A DNA stretch of 64,000 nt from Actinomycetota bacterium (GTDB lineage Bacteria > Actinomycetota > Thermoleophilia > Gaiellales > Gaiellaceae). The stretch covers positions 106,744 to 170,743 of the forward strand of contig JACDEU010000001.1 of NCBI GenBank assembly GCA_013816245.1, read 5' to 3'. This document shows positions 48,542 to 58,202 of the stretch, one piece after another. The notes below the pieces were generated by a model. That model had not been told where the DNA came from, ran no database searches, and saw nothing but the letters and a program-made list of their open reading frames with translations. The position numbers and the translations under genes were made by a program. Position 1 is the first letter of the stretch. Every line of letters begins with the position of its first letter.

Positions 48542-50104
48542 CTAGCAGGCCGAGTCGAGACGGACGAGCGCCGCACAGGCCGCTGCGCTGAGCTGTTCGA
48601 TGTACGCATGCGCGTCAGGCTCGGTGACGAGGGGAGCGCTTGCACGAAGAAGCTTGGCCGCTGACTCGAGCGCGGCCGTTCCGTCGACGAACGGGCCTCG
48701 TGCTTCGAGGATCAGCCACGACGTGAATGCACGGAATCGCACATCTGCGCGCCGTAACGCGTCGGTGGCGACCGCTCCGTGCAAGGGAATCGAGATGAAG
48801 ATCGCCGGAGTCGTGTGCGTTCGCGCCGCGATGCGTGCGAGCGCGACCGGCTCGCGCGAGTAACCCCGGGCTTCCTTCGCCGCCGGCAGTGCCGCAAGGA
48901 ACACCGGTGAGTAGGGGTAGAGCACAGCTCCGGGCGTGATTTGGGTGCGGAGCCACTCCGCGGGAGCCCTCACCGCGCGTTTCGCTCCGGTTGGAATCAC
49001 GCGTGGCTCGGACACGGAGGCCGGAGCAAGTGCCGCGGCCCCGACGACCGCAGCGAGCGCCGCGGCGCCGGCTGCTCGTGGTAGCAGAGCCCCCAGGCGA
49101 CTCGCGCCGGCAGCAACGAGCGCGATCCAGAGTGGCAGCATGAAGATGAGGTGCCGCGGCCCGAGCCGGTCTGTCGTCAGGCCCGACGCGCTCGCGACTG
49201 CGAGGGCGACCGGCGGAGCGGCGATGGTGAGGGAAGCCAGTGCTGCGATCGCGGGATTGCGGCGCGCGAGCGTGAACACTCCAACGGCGGCGAGCAGCAC
49301 GAAGGCGGCGAGTGCGACGCCGCGCCCCCCGGCGGCGCCACCGAGCGCATGCAGTGTCGCAGCGCCCGCAGAGGTGCCGCCGTCGAGGCTCTGACCGGCT
49401 TCCGGCACGTAGCGGTCGGACAGACGCAGGTCGCCGAGGAGGAGCGGCACTACGAGCAGTGCGATCCCGAGAACGGGGGCCGCCGTCCGGGGTGAGCGGC
49501 CGCGCCATAGCCAGAGCGCGACGGCTGCCTCTGCGGCGAAGAGGAACGCTCCGAACGGATGGACCGTAAGAGGCAGGAGCGCCGAGGCCGCTGCTGAGAC
49601 GGCGGTGCGTCGCGTAGGGCGAGCCAGCGCGCGCACGAAGAGGTCGACTCCAAGTGCGCTTGCGAACGCGAAGAGCGAGTACATCCGCCCGAAGGTTCCG
49701 TAGATCAGGAGGAACTGCGACGTTGCAGCGAGGCCTGCCGCGAGGAGGCCGGCACTGCGACCGGCGATGCGCCACGTGAGGTCGTAGCAGAGCGGCACCG
49801 TCGCGAGCGCGAACAGGACCGAGACCCAGCGCACCGCCTCGGCCGTCGGATCCACGGCAAGCGCAGTGTGGGCGAGCAGAAAATGGAGTGGGGCACCGCC
49901 GCGATCGAGCACGACCGTGTGCAGAAGATCACCGAGGGGGCGTGCCGAGATCAGCCCCGCGACAGCCTCGTCCTCATGAAAGGGCTTGCCGCTCACGTCG
50001 GGCCAGAGGCGTGCGAGCAGGAACGCCGTCGCTCCGGCGAGTGCGAGTGCAGGCGCCAGGGAGAGCGTGCGCAGCGCGTGACGTTCGATCGCAGCCGTGC
50101 TCAT
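48542..50104 (-). CDS. GT-C type membrane glycosyltransferase (ArnT/PMT, family-39-like)
   Basis: 520-aa ORF with more than 10 TM. N-terminal loop KPFHEDEAV resembles the GT-C acidic motif. Confidence 0.6.
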   Translation of the reverse strand: MSTAAIERHALRTLSLAPALALAGATAFLLARLWPDVSGKPFHEDEAVAGLISARPLGDLLHTVVLDRGGAPLHFLLAHTALAVDPTAEAVRWVSVLFALATVPLCYDLTWRIAGRSAGLLAAGLAATSQFLLIYGTFGRMYSLFAFASALGVDLFVRALARPTRRTAVSAAASALLPLTVHPFGAFLFAAEAAVALWLWRGRSPRTAAPVLGIALLVVPLLLGDLRLSDRYVPEAGQSLDGGTSAGAATLHALGGAAGGRGVALAAFVLLAAVGVFTLARRNPAIAALASLTIAAPPVALAVASASGLTTDRLGPRHLIFMLPLWIALVAAGASRLGALLPRAAGAAALAAVVGAAALAPASVSEPRVIPTGAKRAVRAPAEWLRTQITPGAVLYPYSPVFLAALPAAKEARGYSREPVALARIAARTHTTPAIFISIPLHGAVATDALRRADVRFRAFTSWLILEARGPFVDGTAALESAAKLLRASAPLVTEPDAHAYIEQLSAAACAALVRLDSAC

Positions 50105-50153
50105 GTCAAGAGGGACCGTGCCCGGGGCGGACGGTATCTAGACCGGCTGGTCC

Positions 50154-50621
50154 TCAGCCGTCCGAATGCTTGAGCGTGGATTCTTTCAACTGGGCGCTTT
50201 CGAGCGTCAGGCTTCCCGAGCAGACCTTGCTGTTGAGGTCGTTCTCGATCGTATCCACCGCCGACGCTCGGGGATACGGCTCGGGCCAGAGATTGCGCGG
50301 ATCCGTCGGGTGGCCGCCGAGCTCGAGGCTGATCAGGTGGTCCTCTTGGTAGTCGGAAAGCGAGCCGCCGACACGGTATTCACGCATCTGTTTCTGTTTC
50401 AGCCCATTCGTGTACGACGTCGGCGGCCGGATCGTTTTTGTCCAGCCGTGAACGCAGATCGTCGTGTCGATGGTCGCCTGGGTCACGTCGGGGTTGAGAA
50501 CGCCCGGTGTTCGTATCGGATCCGCGTTGTACGGGCCCTTGGACGAAGAACCGTGCGGCGAAACGATTGCGAACGTGAGTAGCAGCAATGCAACGACGAC
50601 GAGTGCGGTGCGCGGCGACAT
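50154..50621 (-). CDS. Secreted HNH-motif protein
   Basis: Signal anchor ALVVVALLLLTFAIV. TICVHGWTKTIRPP..YQEDHLISLELGGHPTDPRNLWPE (His-Asn-His type motif). Confidence 0.6.
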   Translation of the reverse strand: MSPRTALVVVALLLLTFAIVSPHGSSSKGPYNADPIRTPGVLNPDVTQATIDTTICVHGWTKTIRPPTSYTNGLKQKQMREYRVGGSLSDYQEDHLISLELGGHPTDPRNLWPEPYPRASAVDTIENDLNSKVCSGSLTLESAQLKESTLKHSDG

Positions 50622-50706
50622 CGTTCGAGGGTGCGTACACCGCCGCCGCAGCGCAAGGTGTCCGAACGGGACACGGCCCAGCCGAGCTCGCGGCTACGTT
50701 CGTGTT

Positions 50707-50982
50707 GTGCTCACGACGAATCAGAAGGGCGCGATAGCCGAGAATGCAATCAGCTCTGCCGGGATACGACAAGGAGTAGGTGTATTCCGAGCGGTCGCCG
50801 ACGAGCGGTACGACCTCGTCTTGGACATCGGACGAGCTTGGCAGCTGCTTCCGCATTTCCGTCGACAGGGTCGATGGTCTGATGGCAATTCAACTCCGAC
50901 TTTTGCGCCGGCCAAGAACAATCAGGCTAGGCGTATCAACTGGGCCAATGACTTCGAGTTCGCGGCTACACTGGGCCGCTAC
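50707..50982 (+). pseudogene. Remnant of a PD-(D/E)XK endonuclease-like gene abutting tRNA-Ala
   Basis: VLTTNQKGAIAENAISSAGIRQGVGVFRAVADERYDLVLDI, then a shifted frame with ELGSCFRISVDRVDGLMAIQLRL, then APAKNNQARRINWANDFEFAATL. The central part seems deleted. The track ORF 50464..51063 reads on into the tRNA. Confidence 0.5.
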
Positions 50983-51055
50983 GGGGCCATAGCTCAGCTG
51001 GGAGAGCGCTTGCGTGGCACGCAAGAGGTCGCCGGTTCGATCCCGGCTGGCTCCA
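50983..51055 (+). tRNA. tRNA-Ala (anticodon GGC)
   Basis: Acceptor GGGGCCA/TGGCTCC with G3:U70. Anticodon arm CTTGC-GTGGCAC-GCAAG. T arm GCCGG-TTCGATC-CCGGC. Confidence 0.92.
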
Positions 51056-51059
51056 CTTC

Positions 51060-52106
51060 CTAGGCGGTTTCACCGAGAGCTGCCACCTCGCGCCGCTCGG
51101 CGAGCCGCTGCAGCGCTCTCGTCTCGATCTGGCGCACGCGTTCACGCGTCAATCCGAGCGTGCGGCCGATCTCCTCGAGTGATTTGGGATCCGGGTCCCC
51201 GTTCATCCCGTAGCGAAGCTTGACGACTTCCCGCTCCCGCTCGGGCAGCGTCTCCACCGCGTCGCGGACCGCGCTCTCGGCAAGGCTCACGTGCACCTCT
51301 TCCGAGGGCTCGGCGTCGTTGCCGGCAATGAGATCCCCGAAGCTCGCACCGCCCTCGGCGCCAACCGGTTTGTCGAGGCTCGTCACCGCGCGTGCTGCCG
51401 CGCGTACTTCCTGCACGTGCTTCAGCGAGAGCTTCGCCCGGTCGGCGACCTCCTCGTCGGTCGGATCTCGTTCGAGTTTCGCTATCAACGCGCGTTCGGC
51501 CCGCGAGATCTTCTGCTCGCGCTCGACGATGTGAACCGGAATGCGGATCGTGCGCGACTTATTCGCAACGCCGCGCTGCACGGCCTGGCGGATCCACCAG
51601 GTCGCGTAGGTGGAGAACTTGTAGCCGCGACGCCAGTCGAACTTCTCGACCGCGCGGATGAGGCCGATAATTCCCTCCTGGATCAGATCGAGGAGCGAGA
51701 TGCCGTGACCCTGGTATCTCTTCGCGATCGACACGACGAGGCGGAGGTTCGAGTTGATCATCAGATCCTTCGCTGCCTTGTCGCCGGCCTCGATGCGCTT
51801 GGCGAGCTCGACCTCCTCCGGCGCGGTGAGCAGCTTGTAGCGGCCGGCTTCGTTGAGGAAGAGCTGGAGGGCGTCGGTGGTGGCGACTGCCAGATCGCCG
51901 TTCACATACGTGCTCCCCTTTGCGTCGAGACGTGCGCAATCGTCGGTCAGGTCGATGCCTCGCTCCTGGAGCTGCTCGAAGAACCCCGTTGTCTGGTCGT
52001 CGTCGAGGTCTGCCTCTTGCAGGAACTCGCTGACCGCGGAGAGATTGAGGCAGCCGGCTTCCTCTCCCTGTTCCAGCAGCGCTTGTAGGCGTTCGTCGAC
52101 GACCAT
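51060..52106 (-). CDS. RNA polymerase sigma-70 factor, RpoD/HrdB-like (group 1/2)
   Basis: ATG 52106 follows GGGGAGAGG. Regions 2-4: NLRLVVSIAKRY, LIQEGIIGLIRAVEKFDWRRGYKFSTYATWWIRQAV, IRIPVH, LGLTRERVRQIE. Confidence 0.92.
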   Translation of the reverse strand: MVVDERLQALLEQGEEAGCLNLSAVSEFLQEADLDDDQTTGFFEQLQERGIDLTDDCARLDAKGSTYVNGDLAVATTDALQLFLNEAGRYKLLTAPEEVELAKRIEAGDKAAKDLMINSNLRLVVSIAKRYQGHGISLLDLIQEGIIGLIRAVEKFDWRRGYKFSTYATWWIRQAVQRGVANKSRTIRIPVHIVEREQKISRAERALIAKLERDPTDEEVADRAKLSLKHVQEVRAAARAVTSLDKPVGAEGGASFGDLIAGNDAEPSEEVHVSLAESAVRDAVETLPEREREVVKLRYGMNGDPDPKSLEEIGRTLGLTRERVRQIETRALQRLAERREVAALGETA

Positions 52107-52231
52107 CTTGCGGCCTCTCCCCGTTTCGAAGGGTGCTCTAACTCTGATTGTGCACTTCTGATGCAAAGACGTCACCCAGGCGTCCGAGTTGGCCGCGTAC
52201 GGTCGGAGCGATCCCGACCAGGAGGTGTTTC

Positions 52232-53605
52232 ATGCGCCGGCCAGCAATCCGGTCGCTCGTGGGGGGAGCGGCCGGGATCGCAGCAGGAGTCATCGGGGGA
52301 ATCACGTTGACCTCGCTGTCCGCAGCGGGGCTCGCCGCACCCGGCAGCCCCGCCCCAGGGCTGGAGGCCAGCCACGTGCCGTCGGCGCTTTCGCTTCCCG
52401 GGGAGCCCGTCACGCTGCGGTACGCGATCCTCTGCGGGCCGCGTGAGGACGGCGAGCCGTGCGCTGGATCGGGAGAGGTGTACATCCGTCCGGGGCAGCG
52501 CGGGCAGTACCAGCGGATCCCGCTCGTACGCGGAGACGACTCGAGCGAAGGACGGTATTTCGCCGAGGTCCCGCAGGCGCTTGTGTCAGCGCGCGCCGGC
52601 TATTCGTACTACTCGGTCTTGCACGACGACTCGAGCGGGGCGAGCGTCACGGTGCCGGCGGGGGGCGCCGCGGCTCCCGACCGGAGCTTTCCGCTCGAAG
52701 ATGCCACGCAGGTCGATCTCGGCGCGCATGTGTTCGGCGCGCCTCGTCGCGCGGACGCGCATGTCTTACGCGCTTCCTGGGGAAGCGATCCGGGGCAGGC
52801 GGGGCTGGCCGGCTCACGCGCACTCGGATTCGCCGGACCCTCCTCGTTCGACGTCGGCGCAGACGGAACCGTCACGCTCCTCGATCAGGTGAACAGGCGC
52901 GCCGAGCGGTGGGCTCACGGGCGGGTCGAGACGGTGGCGCTTCCCGTGAGCGGCGGTCTAGCGGACTTTGCTGTCGAGTCCGACGGGACGATGGACGTCC
53001 TCGAGCCGCCGAACCGTGTTACTCCCGTGCCGCTTCTGCGGAGCTTCCGTGACGACGGAACTGGCAAGTGGGCTCAGCGGCTGGCCGACCGAACCTGGGC
53101 GAAGCTCGCGCTCGGGCCCGGAGGGCCGACGGTTCAGCAGCAACCGTCGGAGCAATGGCTACCTGGCGCCGAGCACGGCAACGCGCTCGATCGCGGCGAG
53201 CAGGCGGCACGCGGGCGGCCGGGCCGACCGGGCGCACACGGCCGGGAGGTAGTCGTCGACCGTGTCGGTTCCGCCGAGCTACGCGTTGCCGAGGTTGTGG
53301 GCAACGCCGTCCTGCGCAGCTGGCGCATCAAGAGCGCCACGCCGCTCGGCGAGGTGCAACTCGTCGAACCGCGCGGCGACGGGCTGGTGGCCGTTCTGAA
53401 GACGTACACCGACGAGCGCGCCGAGTATGTCGTGCTCGTGCTTCGCCAGGGCGGTGCTGCGGAACGTTTCTCCGTGGAGCCATTCGAATGGGCGGAGTCG
53501 GCGCCGCTCGCTCGGTTCCGTCTCGCAGGTTCGTCCCTCTATCAACTTGGTTCGACCGCGACCGGTGTATTCGTCGACCGCTTCGACCTGAAGGAGTCCC
53601 GATGA
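52232..53605 (+). CDS. Secreted protein, unknown function
   Basis: ATG 52232 lies 6 nt after AGGAGG. Signal MRRPAIRSLVGGAAGIAAGVIGGITL. No recognised domain. Confidence 0.6.
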   Translation: MRRPAIRSLVGGAAGIAAGVIGGITLTSLSAAGLAAPGSPAPGLEASHVPSALSLPGEPVTLRYAILCGPREDGEPCAGSGEVYIRPGQRGQYQRIPLVRGDDSSEGRYFAEVPQALVSARAGYSYYSVLHDDSSGASVTVPAGGAAAPDRSFPLEDATQVDLGAHVFGAPRRADAHVLRASWGSDPGQAGLAGSRALGFAGPSSFDVGADGTVTLLDQVNRRAERWAHGRVETVALPVSGGLADFAVESDGTMDVLEPPNRVTPVPLLRSFRDDGTGKWAQRLADRTWAKLALGPGGPTVQQQPSEQWLPGAEHGNALDRGEQAARGRPGRPGAHGREVVVDRVGSAELRVAEVVGNAVLRSWRIKSATPLGEVQLVEPRGDGLVAVLKTYTDERAEYVVLVLRQGGAAERFSVEPFEWAESAPLARFRLAGSSLYQLGSTATGVFVDRFDLKESR

Positions 53606-54210
53606 AGATCTTTCTCATCACGTTTGGTGCCGGGCTGCTCCTCGCAGGCGCGACCGGGGCCCAGGCGTACCACCGGTTCTGGGCGAGATGCAACTTCGAC
53701 GACCCGACGTTCATGACGACGATGACGCGCGATGCCGCGCAGGACTACGCAAACGCTGCGCGTTACGAGGGTTACCAGTGGAGCGGCGGCTGCTGGAACT
53801 ACGACGACGTCGACTCGTATCCCTTCGACGCTCCAGGTGACCCGTCTACGCATGGAGAAGGAGGAGACTGCTCCGGCCTGACGTTCAAGACGTGGCGCGA
53901 GTCGACTGATCAGTGGCGCGACGGCCGCTACTACTGGCGTGCATTACGCAACGTGCACGGGCCGTACACGGCCGGCGACTTCAAGAACGGCGTAGGGGCT
54001 CCGAATCACGTCGTCGCGAAGTCGACTGCCGGCGTCATGGATGCCTTCGCGAGTGGCTCCCACATCGGCATGGTGTTCGCTCGTTCACTCTACGGAGGCG
54101 ATCAGATCGTCGAGGCGAAATGCGAAGCTTGCGGGACGAACATCTTCTACCGCACGTATCGCAGCGATCCGAGCTACGGCGGAGTGGCCAGGTGGGGCTG
54201 GACCGGCTGA
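53602..54210 (+). CDS. Secreted NlpC/P60-like cysteine peptidase (tentative)
   Basis: ATG 53602 overlaps the previous stop (ATGA). Signal peptide KIFLITFGAGLLLAGATGAQA. GGDCSGLTF (Cys nucleophile context) and GSHIGMVF..IVEAK (His context). Confidence 0.55.
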   Translation: MKIFLITFGAGLLLAGATGAQAYHRFWARCNFDDPTFMTTMTRDAAQDYANAARYEGYQWSGGCWNYDDVDSYPFDAPGDPSTHGEGGDCSGLTFKTWRESTDQWRDGRYYWRALRNVHGPYTAGDFKNGVGAPNHVVAKSTAGVMDAFASGSHIGMVFARSLYGGDQIVEAKCEACGTNIFYRTYRSDPSYGGVARWGWTG

Positions 54211-54845
54211 TCGTCGTCGCACTGGCGCTCGTCGTCGTACTTTCAGCCTGCGACAGCGACAAGGGCACGCCGCCGCAGTTGCTCTACGGCGAAACCGCTC
54301 AGGAGCTCACAGCCGTGCCAGGCAGTGCCATCGCAATCGGCCGCGTGCTCGACGCTCCGACGCTCGGTCGGCGCTTCACGAGCTGCAGTCCGGGCGGAGC
54401 CGTCGACGGAGGGGTGATCGTCGAGAGGATCGGCGTGTTCGGCGAAAGCCTGACCTTTGGGGACAAGGCGGGGAAGACGCTCTACTCGTGCGACGGTGGC
54501 ACCGATCCCACCCGGGAGCGCCGTCCACCGTGGTGCGGAGGCTCATCTGGACGGCTTGTGCACGGCCGGCTCGTGGACCCGCGGCTCGACATCCTTTGTC
54601 GCGACCACGAAGGACGGCCGCTCGCCTACGCCTGGGTCGAGCCGGTTGCAGGCGCGCGCTGGATCGGCGTCGACCAGGGGAGCTACACGGAGGTCTACGA
54701 AGTGCTCGCCGGGCTCGCGGTGAGAGTCGCGACGAGCCGTGGAATCCAACTCGGGCGCTCGCGCGCAACGTTCGCTGTGACGCAGTACGACGCCGCCGGA
54801 AAGGCGCTGGTCGAGGGGCCACTCGAGGCGGCAGTCGCCGGCTGA
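54192..54845 (+). CDS. Putative lipoprotein, unknown function
   Basis: GTG 54192 overlaps the previous gene by 19 nt. Lipobox LALVVVLSAC. Confidence 0.55.
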   Translation: MGLDRLIVVALALVVVLSACDSDKGTPPQLLYGETAQELTAVPGSAIAIGRVLDAPTLGRRFTSCSPGGAVDGGVIVERIGVFGESLTFGDKAGKTLYSCDGGTDPTRERRPPWCGGSSGRLVHGRLVDPRLDILCRDHEGRPLAYAWVEPVAGARWIGVDQGSYTEVYEVLAGLAVRVATSRGIQLGRSRATFAVTQYDAAGKALVEGPLEAAVAG

Positions 54846-54869
54846 ATTCGGCGCTAGACTCGGCCCATA

Positions 54870-55109
54870 GTGTGGGAGCTGATCTGGCTGATGGTGATCA
54901 TGAAGATCCCCATCCTCTACCTCTGCTGGGTGGTCTACTGGGCGATCAAGTCGGAGCCTCGCCCCGACCAGCCCGCAGCCCTCGTGGCAGATCCGGATGA
55001 CTCCGATCCGACGCGCTGGCGCCCGGGCCGGCAGCCGCGGCGAACCGGCCCGCACGGCCGACCGACCCGGGGTTATGCCCGCACCGCTCGCGCTACGGTT
55101 CGCGCATGA
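54870..55109 (+). CDS. Small single-TM protein with basic tail
   Basis: 79-aa ORF: WELIWLMVIMKIPILYLCWVVYWAI, then a Pro/Arg-rich tail. Confidence 0.45.
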   Translation: MWELIWLMVIMKIPILYLCWVVYWAIKSEPRPDQPAALVADPDDSDPTRWRPGRQPRRTGPHGRPTRGYARTARATVRA

Positions 55110-55366
55110 GCTCGGCCTCGTACCAGCGCAGCCGGCCCGCCGAGACGGTAGGCGGTTTTCTGGCAGCCGCTTCGATCTTCGTCAGCCTCACCGGAATCGC
55201 GTACCGGCCGTTGCGGCTGATTCCGGTTGCGATCGTCCTCGCGCTGATCGCGGTCGGCATCGGGGGCAGAAACGAGCGCCTCGCGACCTGGGCGGCGTCG
55301 ATCGGAGCGGCGAGTTTCGCCCTCGGCTTGGCCGTGGCAGTGATCACGAGCCATCCACTCTGGTAA
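55106..55366 (+). CDS. Small membrane protein (3 TM)
   Basis: 86-aa ORF whose ATG overlaps the previous stop (ATGA). Confidence 0.5.
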   Translation: MSSASYQRSRPAETVGGFLAAASIFVSLTGIAYRPLRLIPVAIVLALIAVGIGGRNERLATWAASIGAASFALGLAVAVITSHPLW

Positions 55367-55394
55367 CCAGAGCTCCGCTGCTACAAAGGTAGAA

Positions 55395-58202
55395 GTGACT
55401 GACGTCGACGGCCTGAACTCGGGCTTCGCGCGAGACCTGCTCGAGGAGTACCTCGAGAATCCGGACGCGGTCCCGAGCGAATGGCGGAGGCTGTTCGAGA
55501 GCGGCCACAGCGACGTCGTCGCCGCCCATCCCGGGCTCTCGCGTCTCCTGGAGGCTGCCGGCAACGGTCACCCCGTCTCCGTGGCCGCTCCCGCCGACCC
55601 GGCCGCCGCCGAGCCGGCCTCGGACGAGGTCCTCGGCGCCGTGGCGGCCGCGATGGCTCTCGTGAAGGCGCACCGGATGCACGGCCATCTCGCTGCTCAC
55701 CTGGACCCGCTCGGCTCGGAGCCTCCGGGCGACCCGGCGCTCGAGCCGGAGCGGCTCATCCCCAAGCTAACGCCGGAGTTGCAGGAACAGGTTCCTGCGT
55801 CGGTGCTCCGCCTTTACGTGCCGGGTGCGACGCTCGCCGACGCCCTGCCGCGGCTCAGCGACACCTACACGGGCACGATCGCGTACGAGATCGAGCACAT
55901 CTCGGACCACGAGAAGCGCGTGTGGTTGCGTCAGGCGATCGAGTCGGGTAAGTACCGCAGGCCCCTGGCGGCGGACGAGCGGAAGGCGTTGCTCGCGGGT
56001 CTTTCGCGTGTGGAAGCTTTCGAGCAGTACCTGCGGCGCGCGTTTCTCGGGCAGAAGCAGTTCTCGATCGAAGGGCTCGACGTGATGGTGCCGATGCTCA
56101 ACGAAGCGGTCGAGCTCGCGGCGGAGAACGGCGCGCATGAAGTCGTGATCGGAATGGCGCACCGGGGCCGTCTGAACGTGCTCGCGCATACGCTCGGGCT
56201 CGGCTACGACTCGATCCTCCGCGAGTTCGAGGGCGAGCGGACGATTGAAGCCGTCGTGGCCACCGACGAGGGCGGCACGGGAGACGTGAAGTACCACCTC
56301 GGCGCCGAGGGAACGCGTTCGACGCCGACGGGCGAGATCACGGTCACGCTCGCCGCGAACCCGAGTCACCTCGAAGCGGTCGACCCGGTCGTCGAAGGAC
56401 GCGCCCGGGCCGAGCAGACCGACCGCTCGACGCGCTACGGCATGCACGACCCGAGCGTCGCGCTCCCGGTGCTCATCCACGGCGATGCGTCGTTCGCAGG
56501 CCAGGGCGGCGTCGCGGAGACTCTCAATCTTTCGGCGCTCGAGGGCTACTCGACCGGGGGAACGCTCCACCTCATCGCGAACAACCAGGTCGGCTTCACG
56601 ACCGATCCGAGCGAGGGTCGCTCGACGCGCTACTCCAGCGACCTCGCCAAGGGGTACGACGTCCCGATCATCCACGTCAACGCGGACGATCCCGAAGCTG
56701 CGATCTCGGCCGTGCGACTCGCGCTCGCATTCAGGCGCAGGTTCGAGAGCGATGTCGTCGTCGATCTGGTCGGATATCGGCGCCACGGTCACAACGAGCA
56801 GGACGAGGCGGCGTACACGCAGCCCCTGATGACCACGCAGATCGCAGACCACGCAACGGTGCGCGAGCAGTTCGCCGCGCGACTGATCGAGGAAGGCGTC
56901 GTCACCCAGGAGGAAGCCGACCAGCTTCTGGCCGAGGTCACTTTGGAGCTCAAGCAGGCGCACGAGGCGCTCAAGGCGACGTTCGGCACGGCGCATCCGC
57001 CGGAGGGAAAGATTCCGTACTCGAGCGGCGACGGAGTCGTCACGGCCGTGGCGGTCAACCTGCTGCGCGAGTTGAACGAAGAGCTGTTGCGCGTGCCCGA
57101 ACACTTCACGGTGCATCCGAAGCTCAAGGGTCAGCTGGAGCGTCGGCTCAAGACGATCGAAGAAGGCGGGATCGACTGGGGCCAGGCAGAGGCGCTGGCC
57201 TTCGGCTCCTTGCTTGTCGAGGGAATCCCCATCCGGCTGACTGGCCAGGACACCGAGCGCGGAACGTTCTCGCACCGTCATGCCGTCTTGCACGACGTGC
57301 AGACCGGAGAGGTCTTCACACCGCTTCAGAATCTCGACGATGCAACCGCGTCCTTCGAGATCTACAACTCGCCGCTCTCGGAATACGCGTGCCTCGGGTT
57401 CGAGTACGGGTACTCGGTCGCGGCGCCGGAAGCCCTCGTTCTCTGGGAAGCGCAGTTCGGTGACTTCGTCAACGGCGCGCAGATCGTGATCGACCAGTTC
57501 ATCGTCGCGGGCCTGTCGAAGTGGCGGGAGACGACACGCTTGACGCTCCTGCTGCCGCACGGCTACGAGGGCAACGGGCCGGAGCACTCGAGCGCTCGTC
57601 TGGAGCGCTTTCTTCAGCTCGCGGCGCAGGAGAACATTCGGGTTGCCAACCCTTCGACCTCGAGCCAGCACTTCCACCTGCTCCGGCGCCAGGCTCTCGA
57701 CGCCGCAGGCCGGCCGCTCGTCGTGATGACGCCAAAAGGACTGCTGCGGTTGAAGCAGGCTTCCTCGACGCTCGCTGACCTCGCGGAAGGTTCGTTCCAG
57801 CAGGTGATCGACGATCCGACTGCGGATCGCGAGCAGGTGAAACGGCTGGTCGTCTGCTCGGGCAAGGTCTATTACGACATCGCCGGGCACGAGCTGCGCG
57901 CCGGGGCGAGCCAGGTCGCAGTCGCGCGCCTCGAGCAGCTCTACCCGTTTCCGGTCGACGCCTACGCGGAGCTCATCGGCGCATATCCAAAGCTCGAAGA
58001 GGTCGTCTGGGCGCAGGAGGAGCCCCAGAACATGGGTGCGTGGCGCACGATCCGCCACCGCCTCGAGGCACCGCTCCGAGAGGCCGGGATCCCGCTCAGC
58101 TATGCAGGCAGGCCGTGGCGTGCGAGCCCGAGCGAGGGATACCCGACCGCGCACCTGCGTGAGCAGGACCGGATCGTGCGCGCTGCGCTCGGGGTTACTT
58201 AG
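55395..58202 (+). CDS. sucA: 2-oxoglutarate dehydrogenase E1 component
   Basis: 935-aa ORF with the N-terminal NSGFARDLLEEYL, GMAHRGRLNVL, ThDP-binding GDASFAGQG..NNQVGFTT, and the C-terminal transketolase-like part. Confidence 0.93.
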   Translation: MTDVDGLNSGFARDLLEEYLENPDAVPSEWRRLFESGHSDVVAAHPGLSRLLEAAGNGHPVSVAAPADPAAAEPASDEVLGAVAAAMALVKAHRMHGHLAAHLDPLGSEPPGDPALEPERLIPKLTPELQEQVPASVLRLYVPGATLADALPRLSDTYTGTIAYEIEHISDHEKRVWLRQAIESGKYRRPLAADERKALLAGLSRVEAFEQYLRRAFLGQKQFSIEGLDVMVPMLNEAVELAAENGAHEVVIGMAHRGRLNVLAHTLGLGYDSILREFEGERTIEAVVATDEGGTGDVKYHLGAEGTRSTPTGEITVTLAANPSHLEAVDPVVEGRARAEQTDRSTRYGMHDPSVALPVLIHGDASFAGQGGVAETLNLSALEGYSTGGTLHLIANNQVGFTTDPSEGRSTRYSSDLAKGYDVPIIHVNADDPEAAISAVRLALAFRRRFESDVVVDLVGYRRHGHNEQDEAAYTQPLMTTQIADHATVREQFAARLIEEGVVTQEEADQLLAEVTLELKQAHEALKATFGTAHPPEGKIPYSSGDGVVTAVAVNLLRELNEELLRVPEHFTVHPKLKGQLERRLKTIEEGGIDWGQAEALAFGSLLVEGIPIRLTGQDTERGTFSHRHAVLHDVQTGEVFTPLQNLDDATASFEIYNSPLSEYACLGFEYGYSVAAPEALVLWEAQFGDFVNGAQIVIDQFIVAGLSKWRETTRLTLLLPHGYEGNGPEHSSARLERFLQLAAQENIRVANPSTSSQHFHLLRRQALDAAGRPLVVMTPKGLLRLKQASSTLADLAEGSFQQVIDDPTADREQVKRLVVCSGKVYYDIAGHELRAGASQVAVARLEQLYPFPVDAYAELIGAYPKLEEVVWAQEEPQNMGAWRTIRHRLEAPLREAGIPLSYAGRPWRASPSEGYPTAHLREQDRIVRAALGVT

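Noticed and set aside
55767-58154. 795-aa minus-strand ORF. Similar long antisense or alternate-frame ORFs occur elsewhere: 27868..29283, 21817..23145, 34672..35964, 31038..32120, 5726..7357, 48615..49775, 23787..24884 and 25277..26572.
   Set aside because: All lie opposite to, or out of frame with, strongly recognisable genes (sucA, ggt, clpX, ndk-maf region, valS, the kinase, the GT-C protein, aceA, aceB). Their translations are Arg/Ala/Pro/Gly-rich low complexity. This is the usual stop-codon-poor artefact of high-G+C DNA.
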